Source: Octopus vulgaris
Lineage: Eukaryota
NCBI GenBank assembly: GCA_951406725.2
Contig: OX597814.1
Location: 39,494,001-39,558,000 of the forward strand
Direction of reading: 5' to 3'
Length of the DNA stretch: 64,000 bases
In this document: piece by piece, positions 27,654-41,106 of the stretch
How positions within the stretch are numbered: the first letter of the stretch is position 1
Layout of the letters: the number at the start of each line of letters is the position of its first letter
Notes under the pieces: model-generated
What the model saw: the letters and a program-made list of their open reading frames with translations, nothing else
Databases searched by the model: none
What the model was told of the DNA's origin: nothing
Program-made: the position numbers and the translations under genes

Positions 27654-28534
27654 TGTGTGTGTGTGCGTGTGTGATTCTGAAGACCATGAGCTATGATTAT
27701 TGTTATGAGTGAATCATACGACTCTGTGATATGAGGAAGATACATGCTTCGCAGTTATAAATAGAATTTGTGCTTTCTTTCTGGAGATCGGGGTTATAGG
27801 TAAGTCCATAGATGTTAGCATGTGTCAGAAATGCATGCAAAGACACACAACCTACAGAGTTACATCAAGAATAATATTGACAATATACATATCTAAACAG
27901 CCAAATATTTTTTTTTTCCTTTTACTATGGTAATTGCAGACGAAAACAAATCACAATTTAAAATAAATAAAACATTATAAAATCAATATCGTATTACTGA
28001 ACAATATTCAGTTTTAATCACAACGACATTTGGTCGATTCAGCAAACATAAAATGATAAATTGGGAGACAGACGGATATCGGAGAAATGTGGCATTTACC
28101 AATACAGAAGCTACAATAACAATAAAGTATATATATATATATATATATCTGTATGTAAGTATGTGTGTGTATTTATGTAATTATTTGTATATATATATAT
28201 ATATGCATATGTATATGTATGTCTGTATTATATGCGTATATATTTATGTATATATGTATGTATATATATATGTATATTTATATATATGTATGTTTGTATA
28301 TAATATATGTATTTGTGCGCCTGTATATATATAAGCATTTCAGTAATATACTGTTTAGTTCTAAGAGTTTTCTTTCTGAGTATTCCATAAATATGTAGAT
28401 ACGAAAATTTAATATAAAATAGTTAGAGAATGAGTTATTTTCTTCTTTCCATGATATTTGAAATAGTATAGTGTATTTTCGATGTTATGAGTTTTAAAAT
28501 GAGGTTATATCATCAGTCACTGTATCATAAAATA

Positions 28535-28932
28535 TCTTTATATATAAAAGTGAGGTTGTGTGTATGTCTCCTACGATTTAGATTCCTAACTACTCCCACA
28601 TTTTGCGGTGCAGTTTAACCAAAACCGGGTATCTTATAGTCGTGATTTCATATCGAGCCCTTCTGGGTATTAGCGCGCGTCTACGATGAGTCTACGATTT
28701 AAAAAAAAAATTACCATAATTTTTTTGAATTTTAATGCATTTTTTCGTTATTAAATAAGGGAAGTAACTCTCTAAAAATGTCTACGATGAGTCAACGACT
28801 TAAAAAAAAGTTTACCGTCATTTTTTTTTCCATTTTTAATGCATTTTTTGCTATTTTTGGCTATAACTCTCTAAAAATGCTTATATAGTTATTTCCCTTA
28901 CAAACCCGAGCAACGCCGGGTGATACTGCTAG
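28535..28932 (+). mobile_element. Non-autonomous Helitron-like element
   Basis: Starts A|TCTTTATATATAAAA and ends CTAG|T, with the subterminal hairpin CCCGAGCAACGCCGGG; no TSD; internal duplicated block. Confidence 0.82.
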
Positions 28933-28945
28933 TACAGTATAAAAT

Positions 28946-29160
28946 GCAGCGAGTTGGCGGAATCGTTAGCATAGCGGGTAGCATGCTTAACGACATTTCG
29001 TCCGTCTTAACGCCTTGAGTTAAAATGCAAAGGCAAGGTCAACCTTGCCTTTCATCATTCCAGGATCGCTTAAATAAGTACTGTTTGAGTACTGGGTCCA
29101 TGTAACCGATTTTCCGCTTCCTTCAAATTTCTTAGCCTTTTGCTAAAATTTGAAACCAAT
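28946..29160 (+). mobile_element. Family-A SINE between the two Helitrons
   Basis: GCAGCGAGTTGGCGGAATCGTTAGC head and GCCTTTCATCATTCC core. Confidence 0.8.
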
Positions 29161-29170
29161 TTATAAACTA

Positions 29171-29566
29171 CAAGCAGTATCAGCCGGCGTTGCTCGTGTT
29201 TGTAAGAGAAATAATTATATAAGCCTTTTTAGAGAGTTATAGCCAAAAAATAGCAAAAAAATTCATTAAAAATGGAAAAAAAATGATGTTAAATATTTTT
29301 TTAAATCATTGACACATCGTAGACATTTTTAGAGAGTTACTTCCCTTATATAATAGCGAAAAAATGCTTTAAAATGGAAAAAATGATGGGTTTTTTTTTT
29401 TAAATCGTACACTCATCGTAGACGCGCGCTAATACCCAGAAGGGCTCGATATGAATCACGACTATAAGATACCCGGTTTTGGTTAAACTGCACCACAAAA
29501 TGTGGGAGTAGTTAGGAATCTAAATCGTAGGAGACAGACACACAACTTGACTTTTATATATAAAGA
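29171..29566 (-). mobile_element. Second copy of the Helitron-like element, inverted
   Basis: Reverse complement of 28535-28932; 3' CTAG decayed to CTTG. Confidence 0.82.
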
Positions 29567-29572
29567 TATAAT

Positions 29573-29900
29573 GCGGCGGATTGGCAGAATATTTAGGGCA
29601 TCGCTCAAAATGCTTAGCGTAATTTCTTCCGACCTCGTTAGCATAGCGGGTAGCATGCTTAACGACATTTCGTCCGTCTTAACGCCTTGAGTTAAAATGC
29701 AAAGGCAAGGTCGACCTTGCCTTTCATCATTCCAGGGTCGCTTAAATAAGTACTGTTTGAGTACTGGGTCGATTTTTGCCGAGGTCAACTTCCGTTTACA
29801 TCCTTTCAGGGTCGATAAAGTAAATACCATCTAAGCATCGGATGGATGCAGTCGATTATCAGTTCTCTTCTGCAACTGCAATCCCTGTGCCAAAATTCGA
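29573..29900 (+). mobile_element. Family-A SINE carrying a 136-bp insert copied from the neighbouring SINE
   Basis: Head at 29573, insert at 29635-29770, core resumes CATCCTTTCAGGGTCGATAAA. Confidence 0.78.
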
Positions 29901-29980
29901 AACGTTACATACAGACTATGCATTGTTGTATAAGATAGATGAGAGGAAAGTATTTCTTTGTGACATTGAGTATGTGTGTA

Positions 29981-30024
<44 letters not shown>

Positions 30025-30969
30025 CAGAGACAGAGAGACAGAGTGTGTGTGTGTGTGAGAAGTGGATCTAGAAAGATTTTGAGAAAGATAGAAGCAGAAA
30101 AGGGAGAGCTGAAGTAAGGGGAAAAGAAATAAATTTGAAAAATAAAGGGAGAGAAAAATAGAAATTTTAACGTAACATTTGTGCTCTATTAGCAAGTCAT
30201 TAGTACTATCAGTCTGTCGAAATCTCTTTCCTTGTTGCCTCTCTGAAAATTCTGCTCCTGCTACAACAGTATTTGCTGTTTTGTTTTTCCGTTTGTATTG
30301 TCTTACACAAATTCAAGTGAAAAATATACGGCATCGGCATCTGTAGTCTAGGAGAGCCTTGTAAGACCCGAACAAAAAATTATCCCTTATATTCTTTTAG
30401 GAGTTCAACATTTTCGAGCATATCCACCACCCACAGCTCCATGAAAATTTATTTATTATCTAACATATAGTTTCGTTAATTTTCATAATACGTTTCGCAA
30501 ATCGGACATTTAATGTTGAATCCCTTATCAAAATCGAGGCACTGGTTATCCTTGAAATATAAGAATCTGTATATTCTTTTTTAAGTTCAGCTATACAGGT
30601 AGCAGTAATTTTTTTTTCCTTGTATTTATAAAATCTTTATCAATTTACGACCTAAGTCAGGAAAGATTCCTTAGGTTTGAGCAACGTATACTTAATAATC
30701 TACAACAGATGTGAGGTAAATACACCATTGGCGATGATTTTGCTAGTTCAACGGCAATCTTCGAATGAGCATGAACGAACATTAGTTAAGCGGCTAGCGA
30801 TATTATAATCTTATGTACCGTAAAGATGGAAGCAAATGTAAGAAAAATTATTAGTTATGTAATATATGTTCATCCAGTGTTATATTAACATCATTGATTT
30901 ACAAATACAAATATATTTCTAAAATAATTTCTGGTACTTCCAAACACTTATGGTCCTTCTCTTCTTCAG

Positions 30970-31069
<100 letters not shown>

Positions 31070-31107
31070 ACTCTCTCACACACATATCTTTTGATTTTTA
31101 TCTGATT

Positions 31108-31535
31108 GGTTCAGTCATACAAGTGCGGCCATGCTGTGATAATGCCTTGAAAGATTTCGTCGAATCTCAGTATCTAAATATGTTAAGACCTGGTACTTAT
31201 TCTATCGGCTTCTTTGCCGAATAGCTAGATTACGCGCATACAAGCAATCTCAATGAGATCGTCAAGCGATGGTAAAGAACAAATACATACACAATTACAT
31301 ACACATTCACGCATACATTAATGCATATAAACATACATATGTATATATATATATATATATATAAACACGCGCGCGCACATACACTTCACGTCTTTCAGTT
31401 TCTGTCTAACAATTCTGCTCACAATGTTTTGGCCGGCCGAAGGTGGTAGTAGAATAGATTTGCTCAAGGTCCGTCATAGTGAGACTGGACCTGAGACCAT
31501 GTGTTTGGCAAGCACATTTTTTACTACACTTTCAC
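31108..31535 (-). mobile_element. Family-B SINE, degenerate
   Basis: TTCAGTCAT...TGCGGCCATGCTG, GTACTTATTCTATCGG, TTTCAGTTTCTGTCTA, TTGCTCAAGGT. Confidence 0.78.
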
Positions 31536-31694
31536 ACGAGCGCATACATGTAAAGGAAATGTAACAACACGTTCGTTCCGATTAAATTAGTGTTCCAATT
31601 CTAAAGAGATTTAAATGCAGAACGCAGAGAGTTGAGACCTATACATCAAATAATTCTGTTCTTTGTTCTTGGGACTATGCCAATTCAGCAACGT

Positions 31695-31722
31695 ATGTAT
31701 ACATGTATGCATATATGTATGC

Positions 31723-31757
<35 letters not shown>

Positions 31758-31900
31758 TGTATGTATGTATGTATGTATTTATGTATGTATGTATCTATGT
31801 ATCTATGTATGTATGTATCTATGTATGTATCTATGTATGCATGTATGCATGTATGCATGCAGGTATGTATGTATGTATGCATGCATGTATGTATATATGT
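31695..31900. repeat. (TATG)n microsatellite
   Basis: Direct reading. Confidence 0.9.
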
Positions 31901-31906
31901 ATTAAT

Positions 31907-32010
31907 GTGGCTTTGTGGTTATAGTTTCGATTCCTGGACCGAGCGATGTATTGTGTTCATGGGTACACTGTTATATTTCTCAAAGCTCCAATTCACACAG
32001 CTGTAAATAC
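31907..32010 (+). mobile_element. Degenerate family-C SINE fragment
   Basis: GTTTCGATTCC B-box and GCTCCAATTCACACAGCTGTA similar to the corresponding part of 5331-5664. Confidence 0.55.
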
Positions 32011-32395
32011 GAATATATCTTCAAAAATAAACGGAATGAATGTCAATGGACAATTGCCTTGAATCCCGCAATACATCTACGATGATTATAAATATACATT
32101 CGTACCAGAAACATTTTTTCAAATTGATTGTGTTAGCAAGAGCCTAAGGTGTAATGTAGAGAAGCTAAAATTTTCAAGCAAAGAAAGTGACCGGCTAACA
32201 CCTACTGTTCAGATACAATCTTTATGCCGAACAATACGTATGTACAAAACATTCTTAACGTTTGAAATGTAATACTTTTCATAGTTGTAACATAGATTCC
32301 AATGACAAAGCTTTTCGTTATTTGTCAGAAAACAGTTGCCACTCTATAGAAAGAATGCTAATATATACATACATGCACGCACACATACGTAGTTC

Positions 32396-32471
<76 letters not shown>

Positions 32472-32764
32472 TAGATAGTGAGAGAGACATATAGATGAAT
32501 AAGTATTGATGTCACTTATTCAAAAGTGGATGAGGTGTGTAAAAACAACGGAGTCAAAATGTTTTACAATCGGATTAAGTTATCTAAAATACAAAACAAT
32601 ACTATGATCCTCCTCTCTCCCTCTTTCTCTCTCTCTCTCTCTCCCTGTCTCTCTCTCTCTTTCAGCCAACATATTGCATAATTTGCAAATGCTACATCCA
32701 CGAATGACAAATGCTGATATCTAGATACTTCTAATCTGTCTGACGTAAACGATGAATCACATAT

Positions 32765-32818
<54 letters not shown>

Positions 32819-33039
32819 GCTATATTGTAATTCATAGTAAAGTCACAACAGCCAAAATATACGAAATTGAAGTTCTGTTGAAATTAAATACCTCTGGAAT
32901 TGTTGTGGCCAGAAGTTACCATATGCATTTAAAGACTACTTCGATAACATTGCTATTTGCTATATTACCACAAACTACTAACACTTCCATGTACAATTCC
33001 ACATGAATACGCGCACATACGTACACACACAATCATATG

Positions 33040-33075
<36 letters not shown>

Positions 33076-33100
33076 AAGAGATAGATAGATAGATATAGTT

Positions 33101-33186
<86 letters not shown>

Positions 33187-33521
33187 ATATAATATAATAT
33201 AATATAATATAGATGTGTCTGTGTAAGTCTGTTTGTGTCTGTGTCTGTGTTTATACATATATGCATATCGGCAGCAGTCTGCTTCGAGTAAAGGTGATAG
33301 TTTTAATCTGCCATAATTCAATTATCATGCGAAGAGGTCATCAATCGTCTGAACATTCTAGCGAACAAAATTTTCAAGACACTGCAGAATTTTATTGGTC
33401 ACATTGTAAACTCAGCTACATGTATTGATTATTCCTGCTTGTTTCTCCCATAATCAGTTAATTATATATGTAAAACATACACATACACATGTAAAGACAC
33501 GCACAGAGAAACACATATGTA

Positions 33522-33741
33522 CGAGGGGTGCTGAAAAGTTCTTGGCTTTAGGCAAAAGCAAATGCAAAATTATCTTTTAATAATGATTCTATTCAATATA
33601 TTCATCTCTCAGATTCACACATTTAATGCAGTAGCCCCTCAGTTATTCTAAGCTTCATAAAAGTACTTAGAAGGTTGGGGCTTCAGTTAAGCCTTCCTCA
33701 CTATCCATAAAGCCAGGAAATGTACAGCTTCACACTCCTCG
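33522..33741. mobile_element. mariner-type MITE
   Basis: TA|CGAGGGGTGCTGAAAAGTTCTTGGCTTTA ... TAAAGCCAGGAAATGTACAGC...CACTCCTCG|TA; the TIR resembles the end at 50531. Confidence 0.8.
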
Positions 33742-33856
33742 TACTTTCTTAGATGCATTTAATTCTATACGTTTGCTTGCAGTCATCCTCTATATATGTG
33801 TTTGCATACAAGCGCAGATATCAACCCCACCACGCACGCTCACACACACACACACT

Positions 33857-33900
<44 letters not shown>

Positions 33901-34232
33901 CATACATATTTGTGTGTGTTAAACAACTTTACCAATTCATATATATTATAGATAGATAGATACTCACATATAGGCATACATGTGTGCTGGCACACATGCC
34001 TACCTACATATATCAAAAGAAGTATCAAATGTCCTTCTTGAATCAATGCCTCAAGAATGCCGGTTTCCTACATTCGATGGCCTGTATGTCACCAAGTACC
34101 AAATGAGATGCCGGTCCGTCACATGATTCAGTTAATATATGTGTAGATATGCATGCGTCTATGCATGTATGTATGTGTGTGTGTCTGTATAAAATAATAT
34201 ACGTGTTTGTGTGTGTGACTTGAATAATAGGA

Positions 34233-34682
34233 TATAACAAATCCAAGACAATGTGATATTTCTAGGATATTTATCAAGAGTAAAATAACTTTACAGCTGT
34301 TTCAGTGTTTTAAAAGATATCTTGTTTTCAGAGACGATATAAGAGAGTTTCAATAGAATTAAATAGTAGAGTTCATTATATAAGAATTTATTTTACAAAG
34401 GGAGCGATGCAGGAAGTATGAAGAGAATTAAGAGAATACAATTGTATGTCGCATTTTGACATCCAACATATATTTTTAGTCTCTTATTTCCTTTTATTCT
34501 TCCCGTATCTCTCCCTTTCCAAAATTACTACGTGTATAATGAACTCTACTGTTTCCTTCTAGTGAAACCCTCTGATATCGTCTCTGATGAAAGGTTAACT
34601 TTTATATGCCTGAAACAGCTGTAAGGCTACCTTTCTCTTTACAAATATCCTTGACAAATCACACATACTTGGCCTCGTTACA
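34233..34682. mobile_element. ~450-bp imperfect fold-back; Penelope-like inverted pseudo-LTR relic
   Basis: Arms pair through TTACAGCTGTTTCAG/CTGAAACAGCTGTAA, CAGAGACGATAT/ATATCGTCTCTG and AGTAGAGTTCATTATA/TATAATGAACTCTACT; centre near 34455. Confidence 0.8.
34580..34627 (+). ncRNA. Minimal type I hammerhead ribozyme motif
   Basis: GUCU-CUGAUGA-(A)AGG...CCU-GAAA-CAGCUG-UA^AGGC. Stem I GUCU/AGGC, palindromic stem III, GUA triplet at 34621-34623. Confidence 0.75.
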
Positions 34683-36623
34683 TAATTTTACTTACCGCAT
34701 CTACACTCCTCACTCATACTATTACTGAACTGGAAGTCTAACAGGTCCTTCGGTTATACTTACATAGCCTGACCTGCCTTTTAGGATCTTCTGAATACCA
34801 AAAACTCTCATAATCATATTATATATATATATATATATATATTTGTATATATATATATATATGTACGTATATATGTTTGTATGTATGTATATATGTATGT
34901 ATATATGTATGTATGTATGTATGTATATATGTATGTATATATATATTTGTATGTATGTAAATATGTATATGTATGTATACACACACATACATACATATAT
35001 ATGTATGTATTATTAGGTAAATTTCTTATGAACTGCTTTCAAATTTGTAATATGTCTAATCAGTTAGCAAACAGATGATTAAGAGATACGAGGCGATGAA
35101 ATAAATTTTTGGTGAAATTGTTCGTTTGAATGTAGCGTCCGTATTTGAAACTTCCTCAGTTCTGTATTATTTATTCATATCATTTGAAGTTAATTCTGAT
35201 CTCTCCTAGTTGCGCCCAACCTTTCCTATACACCGTTCCCATAGGAATTATTTAATTAATTTTCGCACCCTCTACAAAAGAAATAACACTTTTAAAGTTA
35301 GAAAGTCAGTTTTCTAATAACTAATGAACCAATTTTTTTTTAAGTGAACTACATTCAGTTCTCTTGGTGAGAAATTTAACTAGAGAAATACGATTTTGTT
35401 TCAGTGCGTAAAATACAACTGTAAAGTGAGCAATTGGAAAAGCCAAGTCAGCAAGCAAAGGGATCAATCACTTTATTGAATAAAATTCAGGAACTTTTCT
35501 CTTCCTGCTTCTCATTCATGAATCTGTCAACATTTGAAACATTCTGCTGACTATGATCCACAAAATTGCATTTTGGATTCAGACGATTCCTACAGTTTGA
35601 CTTATTAACTGAATCCAGATTCACATAAAAATATAGTTACAAATAGAATGAGATAACAAGTTTTGTCAAATTCTATTTACTTTTAAATCCATTTATGGAG
35701 AATAATAAAATTCTTGGTGTAGTTAATAGAATAAAGATATTTTTAAATGTAAGTGATTGTATTAAATGAAAAGTGTTTACCGCATCCTGTGAAATGATAT
35801 CCCACAGACCCAAATGTAGCTGACATACCATATAAAGAATTCCTGGTCTATTTTTTGCATTATTTCTGATTATTTGTCGTCAAACACAGTAAAAGAAACC
35901 GTTTCCAGGAGGATTCTCGGAGAAAATATTGGATTTTCGAAAACGTGTTCTAATCTATTTTCCATTTAAACTGATGTAGGAAATTCTTAGATTTATCAAT
36001 AAGTAGATGTTTTTACTATTATTCTGCATATATTTACTTTTGTCCCTGTGTCTGTTTTCCGAAAGAGGGACAAAAGAAAAGCCACTAAATTGGCTAGTTA
36101 CGTATGGGGTTTGAAGTCGAGCGTCACACCACATAAGTCGAAAATCCAAACATTATTTTAACAGATCAAATATGTATAAGCTATGCATAGTTGATAGAAC
36201 TCAAACCCTTTTCACATCTAAGAACTTTAACACACTGCTGAATACTAGATACGGGATTGTCAGCGATTGTAAGTATATGGCTGTGTTCCTCTTCACGAAT
36301 TGGAGAGGCCACCCTCACCGGATTGAATAACCGTACCACAGACTGTCAGCCACTATTTTTTCAGCTTTATATTTTACAGTCTATGGAAGAAATAACTATA
36401 TTTCTCCCCGTTTCTTTCTTTCTGTTTTGTTTCTCTCATCCTATCGTCCTGTATTAAGTTGGCTATGCCATGTGGACTGTGCCTGAAGTTTATACTAGCA
36501 CAACAGACGTGTTATAAAAGACTGTTTGGCATGCTCTTGGCATAAGAAACTTATAGTAACACATAAAAACATATATTTGGTTTATTAAACACACACACAT
36601 ACATACATACATACATACATACA

Positions 36624-36694
<71 letters not shown>

Positions 36695-37254
36695 TTCTTT
36701 ATGTATCTGGTTTGCAAAATTCTTCATTTGAATTCGTGTGTAGAAACAGAATTTGTTGAGACATGATTGGTGAGAGACATACTGCTTTAATATCTAACAC
36801 AGTCACCAGTTTTATTTCAACTTTTTTCCCCTTTTTTCCAAAATTTTCTTAGCTCTGGCAACCTTGTCAATGGATCTGACCCTCTCCGTTATAGGATCTG
36901 CGTTCCTTTCCTCTGTTTGAGATCCTATTACTTGCGCGTATGCGGCGCCAGCATGCGTGTGTGATTGTCCATGCACATATGTATGTATGTATGTAGGCAT
37001 GCATGTATGTGTGTATGCGTGTATGTACGCATGTATGCATTTTGCATACTCATGTGTTTGTGTATGTGCGTGATTGTGTGTTTGTGTATGCATGTATTAT
37101 GTATGTATGTGCATGTTATATGTATGGATTTGTGTCACCATATGTGTCTGTGTGTATGTGTGTGTTAGTGTGGCGTGTTTGTATATATGGTCATGTGTTT
37201 CCATCTCATTTTGTCTGTGTATATGTGTGTTTATGCTTGCCTGTCCTTCTAACC

Positions 37255-37360
37255 TATGTACCTACGTACATACTTACCTACCTACATACCTACCTACCTA
37301 CATACATACATACCTACCGACCTACCTACCTACCTACCTACCTACCTACCTATCTACCTA
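37255..37360. repeat. (TACC)n microsatellite
   Basis: Direct reading. Confidence 0.85.
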
Positions 37361-38253
37361 TTTAGGTATCTAATTGTTTGCCTATACATATAGACATATA
37401 TAGGTAAGCAAATAGACACATATACGGACACACACACACACACACACACAGTATGACTTTTCCCAGATATAATACACACACACACATATGTGCGTGTGTG
37501 TGCGTGCGCTCGCGTATTTTTGTGTGTGGGCGTGTGAGTGTGTGTACGTATGTGTGTTCTGTGTTTTACATATATATTCCATATCTCATATGGAATTCGG
37601 AAAGCCTTGTTGAAAGAAAACAAGTCTATTGCCCCATATACTTTATGCTATATACGTAGAAAAATCAACATATGCCCATCTTTCCCCATGGTGATATTTC
37701 TATGTTATTAGGTATTAATAGAATACATACAGATTTGACCTCAAGTAAAATCTTTATTCTAAATTTCGCCATGTTTTGACAATATGGCTTCAGTCATTTA
37801 TTCTCAGGGTTCGATTCAGCGATTTTGAATTCTTTAAAAGTTCACTATAATATTGTTGCGAAAAATATACGAACTGGTTAAAGCATGAATATATCCCTCA
37901 ATAAATGCAGAAAAACCGAAGAAGATCGGATAATTTAATGTCTCACGACAGTCTAAGTCTAAATTATATTGACACATCAGTATACTTGTGATGTTCTTTT
38001 TCCCATGGAAACTGACTGGTTACGCAACGAAATCCTATTTTAAACTGCATTAAACTCTAATCAATCTGTGATCAGGAGAAGTGTATTCGCTTTCTAATGA
38101 AAGTTTAAACTAGTTATTTTAAGCTAAGTGTTTCTCGCTTTCAATGATTTCTCTTTTTAAAGCGAAATTAGAACTGAATACCTAATAAGAAAGTGTTATA
38201 TCTTATGTTTTAAACACACACATAAGCGTGCGCACATACATGTGCATACAAAA

Positions 38254-38356
<103 letters not shown>

Positions 38357-39659
38357 ATACATGCATATACGTATATATGAAAATTGTTGTAAATAAACAA
38401 TTATTATATATGGAACACGTATATATATATAAAACATTATACGAAACATTATATATCACGTATCTATCTATCTATCTATCTATTTGTGTTTGTGTGCTTG
38501 TGTTTGTATGTTTCAGAATATATGTAAATATCTTTGAGTATATGTGTGGGTGCGTTCGCGCACGCGTTTCTGTGTACGTGTATGCATATGCGTATATATG
38601 AATGTATGTACATTCATGCGTGCGTATGTATGAGTGCATCTATGTATGAATATATCTGTGCATGTATGTATACTATAAATTTAAGATAAAATACGCGATA
38701 CATTTTCTGCCAATTAAAAATATATTTGGGCAGTTTTACAATGCTAAAAAGAGAGAAAAAAAAGGGCAAATTAATTAAATAGATAAATACATAAATAAAA
38801 CAGGAATGTTGTGAATAAAAATCATATTAATATAATTAGCATAGAAAACAACAACGGGAAAGAAATTGCAGGTATATACGTCGATAAGAATCCGTAACAA
38901 CAGAAGGTAGGAAAATAATGAGTGATCGTGCGTGTGAAACAGAAGGGAGTGGAGAGAAAGACAGAATGTGTGTGTGTGTGAGAGAGAGAGAGAGAAAGGT
39001 GGAGAGAATAAGGTTGAAAGTGAGTATAATATAAAGAGGGGAAGTTTAGTTTGAGAAAGAACGAAAGGCAAAGAATAACGTTCAGGGAGCACTGAAAAAA
39101 ATGGTGTGATCGACATTTAGGGAGAAAGAAATGATATAAAGGAAATATATGAAGAAAGACAATTAAAATAAGAACAGAGATGATGTATACGTATTCTCTA
39201 AAATACATAAAACGTTGAAACGTGAAAATATAAACAAGACATGCGCATGAACACACGTAGTAACGCAAAAAATATTCTACACTATGAGTAATGTTCTTCT
39301 CTCGTATGTAAACATACACCGACATCCTTCCATATATGCATTATATATATAAACGTACAAACACACACACGCGCGCGCGTATAATTCATATATACATATG
39401 TTTCATTCACATCGACATTTTTCAGCTGGCCAAAAACACATTTCTTAATGAATACAAATATCTGTTTGCCATTTAAATCGCATTTCACGAACCATTCAAG
39501 ATGATCTATATATAAAATTTAAATTTAACATGACGTTTGTATATGTTTAAAAATGTATTTTGCTCCAACAAGTATTCGGGCTCCAACTTTGCTTGAGTTT
39601 TCAAGCAAAACTGGTAAAATACAGTTAATGATGAAATTTTGGTAGAAGGAAACTCTGCA

Positions 39660-39810
39660 GAGTTCACGGTTACGGGCTCAGTTCCACTGCGTGGCACCTT
39701 AGAGAAGTGTCTTCTACATAAGCTCCTGTCGATGAAAGTGTTGTGAATGGATTTGGTAGATAGAGACCGGGAGAAGCCCGTCGTATATGTGTGTTTTGTT
39801 TGTGTCTACA
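39660..39810 (+). mobile_element. Family-B SINE 5' half
   Basis: CAGTTCCACTGCGTGGCACCTTAGAGAAGTGTCTTCTAC...GGATTTGGTAGA...GAAGCCCGTCGTATA. Confidence 0.8.
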
Positions 39811-39838
39811 CATACACACATAAACACACACACACACA

Positions 39839-39911
<73 letters not shown>

Positions 39912-40137
39912 GGCGGCGAGCTGGCAGAAACGTTAGCACGCCGGGCGAAGTGCGTAGCCGTATTTCGTTTGCCGTTACGTTCTGAGTTCAAATTCCGTCG
40001 AGGTCGACTTTGCCTTTCATCCTTTCGGGGTCGATAAATTAAGTACCAGTTACGCACTGGGATCGATGTAATCGACTTAATCCGTTTGTCTGTCCTTGTT
40101 TGTCCCCTCTCTGTTTAGCCCATTGTGGGTAGTAAAG

Positions 40138-40140
<3 letters not shown>
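39912..40140 (+). mobile_element. Family-A SINE, young copy
   Basis: GGCGGCGAGCTGGCAGAAACGTTAG head, GAGTTCAAATTCC B-box, GCCTTTCATCCTTTCGGGGTCGATAAATTAAGTACCAG core. Confidence 0.92.
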
Positions 40141-40177
<37 letters not shown>

Positions 40178-40680
40178 AGAGAGAGAGAGACGGATAGACA
40201 TACAGGCATACAACTAGCTAAAGATATAGGTAGAGATAATGTAAAACAGTTAATTCTATGTTGGCTACGTATAATTTCATACCGGTAGTGCCTAAATGAG
40301 TCTGATAATATAAACTACATTCTCTGGATCTGTGTAAATGCCAATAACACAGTGTAGAACGATAAAAATATCAACACCTTCTCAACACTTCAATAGTAAG
40401 TAATACAAAACTAACGATAAAACATATAAGTCAATAATCAGAGACTAAAGCTATTGTAAAAACACCATTATGAATACCGTTATAAAAATATATCTGTGTA
40501 CATAACAAAGCAATAAAATGCAACAAAACTGGCTTTATAAACAAGCAGATTTGCAGCTTTATAAAACAAGATAAAATGGAGTTAGGGATAGCCAATAAAC
40601 AAATGATCAGGGATATTAAGGGAGAATATGATAGTATGACATTGGAACCATACCAAAAGCGCAAAATATTTCTGGAGCAG

Positions 40681-40890
40681 GGCTGCGAGCTGGTAGAATC
40701 GTTACATGTCAGGCGAAATGCTTAGCGGTGTTTCATCTGTCATTAAGTTCTGCGTTCAAATACCGCCGCGGTTGACTTTGCCTTTCATCCTTTCAGGGTC
40801 TATAAATTAAGTACCAGTTTCGTACTGAGGTCGATTTAATCGACTGCCCCTCCCCCAAATTTCAGGCCTTGTGCCTAGATTAGAAAAAAA
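40681..40890 (+). mobile_element. Family-A SINE
   Basis: Same head, core and GGCCTTGTGCCTAGA tail; flanks ATTTCTGGAGCA and ATTTGGGAGCA look like a decayed TSD. Confidence 0.88.
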
Positions 40891-41106
40891 TACATTTGGG
40901 AGCATTTCGAAGAAGTCCCGGATTAAATTCAACAGATTCAATCACTAACAAGTATACAAACGCACGCACTCACACATATGCAGCAAGCAAACGCAAAAAA
41001 TACACATGCATCCTCTGTCACTGACACGACACACACATAAGGAAATATGTGTGTGTGTGTGTGTGTGAGTACGCACGTGCACGTAAGTATTGAGATATAT
41101 GTGTAT

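Noticed and set aside
36890-36928. Hairpin ATAGGATCT...AGATCCTAT
   Set aside because: Only a 9-bp stem with no family assignment; not enough to call a feature.
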